64,000 bases of DNA from Octopus vulgaris. Its lineage: Eukaryota. Location: positions 47,058,001-47,122,000 of the forward strand of contig OX597836.1 of assembly GCA_951406725.2 (NCBI GenBank). The letters are read 5' to 3'. Positions 54,541-64,000 of this stretch are shown here, one piece after another (position 1 is the first letter of the stretch; each line of letters begins with the position of its first letter). The notes beneath the pieces were generated by a model. It searched no databases, was not told where the DNA came from, and saw only the letters and a program-made list of their open reading frames with translations. The position numbers and the translations under genes are program-made.

Positions 54541-55702
54541 CTGAAAGCAAACTAAATTAATTTGATGTACTGTTATTCAGCAACATTTTCTGTAGAGCTC
54601 TGCACTTAAACGATAACACAATTGGACAAGTTAAAGATATAAGAAAAATAGACTTTATAATACAAAATAGAATTTTTTTTATCTAAAATTAAGGTTAATT
54701 CAACCTTCTTACCACATTTGTCATTGTGCATTCAAAAAATATTCTTGCTAATGAGTTGTGCCAACAAAAAAAAAAACTCTAATTTGTTAAAGGCAGAGAG
54801 GGCAAAAAATGTATAAATATATAACAAAATTAGTAGAAAATGTAATAGAATGTTGCACGAGGGGAATCGGAAATGAATTAATCAGAATTTGGAAGAAAGA
54901 GCTGTAAGCATAAGATGCTTTAAAAAGAATTTTAAAAAAAGAAAATCACAAATTGTTTTTTCCATTAGGAAGAGCTGAAGAGAAATAACTATTGAATGTC
55001 TCCATAAAAATAAATAAAAGAAGATATTATATTTCTATTTAAATTGGATATTTTAGAATCTTTTTCTCTTGGTTTTCTTGCCAACTCATGTAAAAGGTTT
55101 TCTTCAAATTTCAATGGCAGCTCTTGTTAAAACATTATACAATAGGAGTTTGAATAATCTATAATTATAATATAGATCAAATTAAATCAGTGAAAATTCT
55201 TACACGATTATTTCAGTTTCAAATCTCTGCATCTATAAAATTTGTATTTTTCTGATATAAAGAACACTTTGGTTTATACAACTGTAGCTGTAGAAGCCGG
55301 AAACGTTATGTGTCCTCAATGATGCTTGTTTTAACAGTTTCTGTTCTAAACTAAATAAATTTTCTTGATTTCGTTAAACATCTGAACCATTCGTTAATAC
55401 ACACACACTTTCTTGTGCTCAAATAATAAAACGGATATGTGGTGCGGAATCGTAGGAATAGGTATATATGTGAAATAGGATGCTTCAACGGGAACGCAGT
55501 ACTATAACACAAATACATCCCAACAAATATTACCCCAACAGAATCCCTAACGAACACAATTTGCCACAAAAGCTCTCACGCTGAGTATTTAGTAATAACC
55601 GAATTATCAACGGTGGATCGTGTAGACTAAAATGATGTATCTGACAATTCTTTGGAAACAACGCTGTAGTTCACAGTACTTTGGTGAAACAAACGTCCTA
55701 TA

Positions 55703-56090
55703 GGCGCAGGAGTGGCTGTGTGGTAAGTAGCTTGCTAACCAACCACATGGTTTCGGGTTCAGTCCCACTGCGTGGCATCTTGGGCAAGTGTCTTCTGCTA
55801 TAGCCCCGGGCCGACCAATGCCTTGTGAGTGGATTTGGTAGACGGAAACTGAAAAAAGCCTGTCGTATATATATGTGTGTGTGTGTGTGTTTGTGTGTCT
55901 GTTTTTGTCCCCCTAGCATTGCTTGACGACCGATGCTGGTGTGTTTATGTCCCCGTCACTTAGCGGTTCGGCAAAAGAGACCGATAGAATAAGTACTGGG
56001 CTTACAAAGAATAAGTCCCGGGGATCGATTTGCTCGACTAAAGGCGGTGCTCCAACATGGCCACAGTCACGTGACTGAAACAAGTAAAAA
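55703..56090 (+). mobile_element. SINE family A
   Basis: Full length. Confidence 0.95.
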
Positions 56091-56692
56091 AAAAAGAAAA
56101 AAAAGAACTGTGAAATACAGAGAATTGTAACGTGTGCTGGTGTCCCCGCTGTGAATTATTTTCTTCTTTTGGGTAAAGATATAAAACTTGATGCATTGAT
56201 ATTTCACTCCTTTACCTTTCACAACCTTTTCCGTCTCTTGTTGTATTTCTCTTTTATTGTCGTTGATGTATCTATTTTCCAAACACAGGATATATCATAT
56301 TCGGTCCATTAATAAACTTGGTTTCTTTAATCTCACTTTCTACGTATACAAGCTGGTTAACATGACTACAGTATCGACCAGTACGACGATGATGCCATGT
56401 TTATTCCAATGAAAAACCATCTTACGACTATAGCTAAAATGTGGGTAACTAAAATATTTGTATTATCAATTACGATAGAACAGTTGTGTGTCTTGCAGAC
56501 ATTCCTTAACACTAGAGTTCCATGGAAAGCTGTTCCCTCCGGAATGACGTGTGAACGTTAGATTCTTTTCTTTGATAAATTCTTCTTATGAGATATTTAG
56601 AAATTTAATATTTCTGATTTTGGTGATCAGTGAATAAACTTCACTGAAAATTAGATATATATATTTACGAAGTCTAGACAGGCTTCTGCTAC

Positions 56693-56739
56693 TCTAGACC
56701 GATGATGGGCAAAGACCCTGAAACATGCGTGTCTCTAGA
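56693..56739 (+). ncRNA. Type I hammerhead-like motif (core CCGATGA) in a probable Penelope-like fragment
   Basis: tctaga-CCGATGA-tggg(caaaga)ccct-GAAA-ca(tgcg)tg-TC-tctaga. Confidence 0.6.
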
Positions 56740-57372
56740 TGCAGGCCTAGCTGTTGGGGGTATTTGTCTCCCCTTCGTAAATATATAAGGACACAGAAAA
56801 TGTGTCGAAGCCGACAGGAAGCGTCGATGTTTCCTAGGGCTAAACAGCGGTGGTGTAATCCCCTACTGTCACGTTAAATTGACAGTATACAACCATTATA
56901 TCGCCCCACCACCGTACATATCTCTATGAGAGATTTAGAAATTTAATATTTGTTCTTATTTATTGTCTAGAAATGCTATCCTAAATATTGTCAGAAATTT
57001 ATCAATGTTTCAAAAGAGAATTTTATGTTCAGCAAAATATTTCGATCATAAGTACCGGACCAGACGTTTGTGAGAAGGAGTGGATCATTTAAATCGATTC
57101 CAGTACTTGGTTGGTATTCATTTTATCGACCCAGGAGAGTTTAAAAGTAAATTTCAACTCATAACCTTGTATGATAATAAAAAGTGAGAGGGAGTCAGAG
57201 ATACGTGTGATGAAAATGGGAAAACCAGAAAAGAGAGAATGGAGGGCAAATGATCGGGTTGGGAGGCTTGATTTTCAAAAGAATGGTCGTGAAACTAAGA
57301 ATTGCGGAAGGTGGGAGATCCAAGGAAATTTGTTTAAAAGAGGGAATGGTATATTAAATAGTCCCCTTAATA

Positions 57373-57768
57373 GGCGCAGGCGTGACTGCGTAGTAAGAAA
57401 CTCGCTTCCCAACAACATGGTGCCGGGTTCAATCACACTGCGTGAGACCTTGGGTGTCTCCTGCTATAGGCTCGTGCAGACCAGACCTTTGTAAGTGAAT
57501 TTAGTAATCGGAAACTGAAAGAAGCCCGTCGTACACATATGTATTTATGTGTGTATGTCTGTGTTTGTCCTCCCGCCGTCGCTTGACAACTGATGCTTGT
57601 GTTTTTGTCTCCGTAATATAGCGGTTCGGCTAATGAGACGGATAAAATAAGTACTAGGCTTACAAAAAATAAGTCCCGGGGTCGATTTCTTCGACTAAAA
57701 CCCTTTAAGGCAGTACCGAGGCATAGCCGCAATCAAATGACTGAAACAGTTAAAAGAATAAAAGAATA
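57373..57768 (+). mobile_element. SINE family A, diverged
   Basis: Consensus match with many substitutions. Confidence 0.85.
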
Positions 57769-57944
57769 ATCTGAAAAATAAGCAGCGAAACATGTTGGTG
57801 ACTTGGTTTCGTATAGGTGATTCATGCGTTTAATTAAGGATGGAGCTGCTAAAAAAATATGAATTAAAATATAAATATATAAGGATGGACTATGAAAACC
57901 ACTGTTGAGGATTTCAAATCGAAGTAAGTTCCATTTGAATTGTT

Positions 57945-58244
57945 GTTTATTTCTTCTCGAGCCATGCCTGGCTCATAAGGGCCGGTTTCCCTGTTTCATT
58001 GGCGGATAGGTTCCCCGCCTGGACGGGACGCCGGTCCGTCGCAGGTGAGCTGCTAGATGCAGGAGGAAAGAGTGAGAGAAAGTTGTGGCGAAAGAGTCAG
58101 CAGAAGTTAGCCATTACCTTCTGCCGGAGCCGCGTGGAGCTTAGGTGCTTCGCTCATAAACACATACATCGCTCGGTCTGAGATTCGAACCCGCGATCCC
58201 TCGACCGCGACTCCGTTGCTCTAACCACTAGGCCATGTGCCTCC
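57945..58244 (-). mobile_element. SINE family D
   Basis: Homologous to 28140-28458. Confidence 0.85.
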
Positions 58245-58606
58245 CCTATTTGAATTAGCTAAGTCATAATTTTAACTAGACTATTTACTTGATTGTAAAC
58301 AAATATACAGGAAATATGTAAAATTTAAAAATAGGTTTACGTGTATTTATCTAAATCTATAAGAGCAAATCTATCGGTGTTAAAAGAAGAATATTTTGAA
58401 AAACTACGCCAGCAGGACGAGGTTCAGGGCGAGATGCTGTTTAATAAGGAGAGTTTTCTTTATTTTCGCGGAATATCTCAAAGGACTTTCTGGTGTACAA
58501 ATTGTATGCAGTGCGACCACACCGGGGTCTTCCAGTATTTGGTATTTATCTAGTCTACGCTTGTACCAGCATCTTCTCTCTCTCTCTCTCTATGTATGTA
58601 TGTATG

Positions 58607-58676
<70 letters not shown>

Positions 58677-58724
58677 CTCGAGGGATGTCGAAAAGTTCCT
58701 GGCTTTAAGGGTCTCGCGACTTAC

Positions 58725-59035
58725 TTTGTTTTTCTCAACAAGCCCTGCTCTATTTAACATTATCCCCAAACAAATCAAAGAAGTAAAAGGCACCATCATC
58801 TTCAAACGAAACTTGGGCAAGTTTCTTCAAGGTATACCAGATAAGCCACAAATACACCTGATTACATCTCAATCACCAACAACTCCTGACATGAATGGAT
58901 CATGATACCACAAAACTTGACTTAAATTTTTGTGATATCATGATCCTCTCAGGTGATGCTAACACCTATCAAGTGATGCTATCAAGTTAGACATGGCCTG
59001 AGCCAGTCTTTGACTGAAACATATCTAAGTTATCA
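58725..59035 (+). mobile_element. CR1/L2-like LINE 3' fragment
   Basis: PALFNIIPKQIKE...FKRNLGKFLQGIPDKP, then a tail catggcc...cagtctttgactgaaac. Confidence 0.75.
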
Positions 59036-59324
59036 AAGAATAAGTCATGAAAATAAATAAATACGTGTGAGTCACTACCATTTTTGACGGCACAATCTGA
59101 GCTTTAACAACTAAATAAAGCTTTGTTTTTGTTTTTTACCTCAATAAAAGATTAAAATAATTTATATAAATTTACCCTCACATTTAATTTCTCTTGGGTT
59201 TCACTCCTAAGTTTTCTCAATAAAAGGATTAAATAGTCTTACTATATAAATCTATGGCAAATATATGCACTATATATTATGTCAATGCATTTAGTAAATA
59301 TTATTTTGACGGTACCAGTACGCT

Positions 59325-59555
59325 AGCATATGGCTGGCTTAGTGGTTAGGGTATTGCATTCATGATCGCTAGATCGTGATTTCAATTCCTAGACCGAGAG
59401 GTACATTGTGTTCTTGAGCAAAGCTCTTAATCTCACGTTGCTCTGCGATTACTTCGACATCTGACGCGTGCTACACCGTTCAGGCAATGTCGATTTGTGC
59501 AGGTCGTTCGGTAAAAAAGAACGCTCATACGCCGTCTTCGATAGGAGGGGGCCAT
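59325..59555 (+). mobile_element. Degenerate family B-like SINE
   Basis: tggcttagtggttagg head and ttgtgttcttgagcaaag core. Confidence 0.65.
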
Positions 59556-59594
59556 CATACATATATATACATGTGTGTGTACATACACAAATAC

Positions 59595-59655
<61 letters not shown>

Positions 59656-60937
59656 CTTGATGAAAATATAATACGCCTATAGGATCAGTGAGTTCTATGC
59701 ACCCAGCAACGCTTGATGCCGGCCAAGCAGGAAAGCTATTAAAACTCCACTCAGAAGTTGAGCTCGTATTTAAATGCCATTAAAAAAATATAGCCAAAAT
59801 GGCGCTCGTAAGATTAACAGAGGACTTAAGAGACGACTTAAGTCATAGTTACTGTGTCTGTAGAGATAAGAATTACATTTGTGTCAGTCTTTCTATTTAT
59901 TGATTAAGCAGAAAACCTTTTTTATGCGTGCGAAGTATTTAGAGTTGCTCACGACTCTCTCGTTGCGTAGTTGACAATAGACACAATAGCTGTAAGTTCC
60001 AGGGTAATGTTTCTATCTCCTCAAGTTGTCAGACGAAAAAATCGACTGGTATGAAAACAGCAAACCAATGCGTTTATTAAGAAAGATTACAAAATAGTGA
60101 ATATATTGTGTACGTGCTGCATAGGTTAATATTAGTTATTTTTATGCGCATATTTTATATCACAGTTGGTGATACGATACTACTGTTGGTTATCGGTTTC
60201 CAATAGGCCAATCATTGTTCGCTGCTCTCATGACATCGACAGTAATAGTGAAGTATCTGAAACTAGCTTCAAAACAAATATCCCTTGAGATTTCATCCGT
60301 AAAAAGGGTTTACATTGTCTCGGCGAGGTTATATATCCTACGCTGATATATATCGCAGAATGGTAGAGACATACACACATATATAAATGTGCAGAAACCC
60401 TTTATATATGTCCGTGTGTGTATGTGTGCGTGTGTATTTGTGTGTGGTGTGTACCTTAAGATGTCTACATATAGTAAAGATGAATCTTCCCGTTGAGAGT
60501 TGTGATCACTATTAACTATCGACGTAGCCATCTGGTCTGTTCATGGCAAAGTAAAAAACAAAAGAACTATATTAGTTTGAATACTTTAGAATAAAAGTTA
60601 GGATCTATTTTCTAGTCGTTGTTTTTTGTTTTAGCTTAGATATCTGATCACTGCTACTTTGACTCACGTTTTTAATACCGTTGAGAAAAAACATAAAACA
60701 ACCTTTCACTATATTACATCTTTGTACATGTAAGCCATCATGTTAATTTAACAGGAAAAGTTGCAAAATATTGTCTTAGTTTCACTTCTTTTTCAGTGCT
60801 AATTAGTGTAATCTGCTAACTTGTAGAAAAGAAATAAAGAAGAAGAAAAGATAAATAGAAAATAAAACAAAATTTTTTTAAAAAAACGGAAGAGGGAAAC
60901 GTGTAACTAGGTGTTAATGAAGAAAAGTTTAACTTAC

Positions 60938-61165
60938 GAAATCAGATCCGGGTAAAAGGAGTCCACGTTCACCCTTAATTCTGTGTCGTCTGCTCTTGTT
61001 GACATGCTTTGATAATGTTTTGTGTGAAAATATCTGGCGTTGCTTTCACTTTTGTTGTTCTTTAAATCAGGATTAGACACATATTGTTCATTATTCAATG
61101 TTACCGTTGTCAACCATTCTTGTTGTGCTATTTAAAAGTCATCTTCCGCTCACAACTTCGGATGA

Positions 61166-61198
<33 letters not shown>

Positions 61199-61420
61199 TT
61201 GCTGCTGTTGCTGCTGCTGTTGCTGTTGCTGTTCTAGCTTTAACAACACCTGCGTTGTCTTATTTGATCAAGTTATTGTTCTTGTATTGTCCTTGTTGTT
61301 CGTCATCATTAACGAGAAGGCATTTTCTGTACAGTCATTTCCAAAGTGTTAACCCACAATAAACACAAAACGCTGTCAACGAAGACCGAGAGACACTTCA
61401 GTTAAAATAGCGGCGACAAT
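60938..61420 (-). other. Candidate first (5'UTR-like) exon with a CAG/CAA repeat and a short ORF MSTRADDTELRVNVDSFYPDLI
   Basis: Unique sequence ending ATTTC|GTAAGT. (CAG/CAA)n at 61167-61232. The 5' boundary is unknown. Confidence 0.4.
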
Positions 61421-61752
61421 GACAATTTATTTGTTTTACCGATATATTTATTTAAAAGCACTCTATATCGAGGACAAGGGTGAGGGCATAGGTAGGGAGA
61501 TACTCGTGAACTGATACTGCCTTCCAGGTTTGATACTCAGTTTTAAATACATATTCACACTGCTAATGCTCTCGGGAAATGGATGAACGCCACAACAGCA
61601 ACACTTACTCCTTGATGCGATTTGATATTTCAGAAATACAAACACACACACACACACACATTGGTGTTTCTATAACGTGATAGTTGTATATATATATGTG
61701 TGTGTGTATGTGTATGTATATATATAGATAGATACATAGATACATAGATACG

Positions 61753-61834
<82 letters not shown>

Positions 61835-61860
61835 CATAGATACATAGATAGATAGATAGA

Positions 61861-61901
<41 letters not shown>

Positions 61902-61966
61902 ATATTTCGGAATGGTCATATTGCCAGTTTAGCCATAAAAAATCTTGCACAACAAATATTTAAACG

Positions 61967-61997
<31 letters not shown>

Positions 61998-62974
61998 GTG
62001 CCTGTGTAAGTATGAGTGTGAGTGTGCGTATGTGTGCACGTGCGTTTGTGGGTACATTAATATATGTATAAAGTAAAGAGTTGGTTTCAGAGAATCAATC
62101 GGGATTTACGGTTACAACTCCTACAATGAATCGGCTATCAGCTTACGTACATAGTAATTACCTTATGATATACTTTCACCTGCCCACACAACCGAAACTC
62201 TAGGACATGCAAGCAGTAAATATTTCAACGGTTTCCTTTACAATCGAAATTTCGAATTTTTCCTTTCCCTATACAATGTGCATAAAAAGAATGTATTTTT
62301 TGTGTAACAGTTGTATTCTGGATGTATCCATGACGTTCCTGGATGCATATTATATACATGCATATGAGTTAGTTTTCTCTATTATACATCTCTATGTGAA
62401 CATACAATTATATAATACTAAATATACATTTGATGTAAAATATATGTATTTAGTTTAGAATGTTCAAACCAATATATTACGTGAAGAAGATTATGAAACG
62501 GCTGCAATCTTCTGGAGATCAAATGGAAATGTTAAATCTGTAGACACCTCTCATACTTTCTGATTTTATAAATATATGCATACATTGATGTAGGGGTATA
62601 TATATATATATATAGTGAGATATATATATATATATATGTTTTTATTATGGTCACACAGGGCTAAACACAGAAAATAGACGAAATACAATGTAGAGTTTTT
62701 CTTTTCGAGCTTATAAGCTCTACTACGTCAATGTTCTTAAAATTCAAATCAACATCTTTGTCTATATATCTACCTTCTCTATAATGTTATCAATTAATAT
62801 GAAAATTATGTATTAATGGGAAACCTCTATAAATGGCTGATGATTGCTCAACATTTTAAAACATTGTAATACTTACAATATTTAATAAAATGATGTAGCG
62901 TGAAACGATCGTACCAAATTACCGGAGATATTCTTGTTGCTTATTTTGGTAATATATATATATAACAGAGATAA

Positions 62975-63069
62975 CAGAGTGACGCAAGGTCCGAGAGTTT
63001 CGTGCGTTGGCACTTATCAAAGTTTGATAAGTGCCAACGCACAAAAATCTCTGACCCTGAGTCACTCTG
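62975..63069. repeat. Imperfect palindrome (~47-bp arms, 1-nt centre)
   Basis: gtgcgttggcacttatcaaa g tttgataagtgccaacgcac. Confidence 0.9.
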
Positions 63070-63230
63070 ATACTTCAGCTAAATACTAATAAAAGTATAC
63101 ATATACTCTTATTTTGAGTTCAATTTTTCCACTTTGCACCAACTGTCCACCTTTGTATCATCTATCTGTCCGAATGTTTTAATGTCCTTTATTGCGTTTT
63201 GTTCCATATATATATATATAGCGGCGTACG

Positions 63231-63312
<82 letters not shown>

Positions 63313-63313
<1 letters not shown>

Positions 63314-63480
63314 CTTTACTACCCACAAGGGGCTAAACACAGAGGCAACAAACAAGGACAGACAAAGGGATTAAGTTGATTACATGGCCCCCAGTGCGTA
63401 GCTGGTACTTAATTTAACGACCCCGAAAGGATGAAAGGCAAAGTCGACCTCGGCTGAATTTGAACTCATAACGTAACGAC
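63313..63480 (-). mobile_element. SINE family C fragment
   Basis: Core and tail. Confidence 0.88.
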
Positions 63481-63481
63481 A

Positions 63482-63543
63482 GAGCACAAGGGTGTACGTA
63501 CGCCGCTATATATATATAGCGGCGTACGTACACCCTTGTGCTC
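63482..63543. repeat. Perfect 62-bp palindrome
   Basis: gagcacaagggtgtacgtacgccgc(ta)6gcggcgtacgtacacccttgtgctc. Confidence 0.95.
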
Positions 63544-64000
63544 ACCTTATAGTAGGTATGTATCTAATTTTGTACGACTCTTACTCTATCTTTTATTCCC
63601 CTCTCATTTTTCTTCCTTTTTCTCGCTCCCCCTCACTCACATTTATTGGCCCTATCTTTAACTCCCACTATTTCCCACTCGTTTATCTCCCCTGTACCTT
63701 TCTCTTTGTCTCTAATTTTTTTCTAATCCTTTAATCCCTCTATCCCTTACCCATCTCTCCTCCTTCCACGTGACCGGTGTCCGGTCAGCCATAATCTTTC
63801 TTTCTTGACTTGACTGCCGACCACCAACACCTCTTATGACCATCTCCTATGTTCCTGCCTTTAGGCTTTCACTTCATACACGCCAGCTCAATTTGATTCG
63901 TTCTCAGTCGAAAGACACCCGTTGTTATTTCTTGTTGTTTGTATTTGTAATTCTGTACCATGTTCTCCGTTGTTTTGTTTGTTTGTTTTCTTTTTGTCTT

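Noticed and set aside
61084-61362. Poly-Ala, poly-Cys (plus) or poly-Gln (minus) protein
   Set aside because: The frames are short and closed by stops, and the Gln frame has no ATG or good acceptor.

Overview
Animal genomic DNA, AT-rich and dominated by microsatellites and transposable elements. The SINE families and repeat landscape point to an Octopus (coleoid cephalopod) genome; this is an inference from family resemblance, not a database match. Almost all ORF-track entries are artefacts of (TA)n, (CATA)n, (GATA)n and (TTC)n repeats. The real content is: about 20 copies of one tRNA-derived SINE (family A) and three other tRNA-SINE families; LINE remnants (a young 5'-truncated CR1-type copy with an intact 601-aa RT ORF, RTE, R4/Dong-like and Penelope-like pieces); Tc1/mariner, piggyBac-like, Merlin-like and Helentron-type (HINE) elements; and a recent 538-bp tandem array with an inverted seed. 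Splice signals suggest the window is mostly the long 5' introns of an unidentified minus-strand gene, with candidate exons at about 60.9-61.4 kb, 54.5 kb, 46.1-46.6 kb and 687-745. The best leads are: seven type-I hammerhead-ribozyme-like motifs from several Penelope-like families, two candidate recursive splice (AG|GT) sites on the gene strand, LINE-SINE shared 3' tails visible inside the window, nested hairpins and inverted SINE pairs that could be ADAR substrates, a TTAGGG-carrying MITE, and two templated-insertion scars. I did not find a clearly novel protein-coding system.
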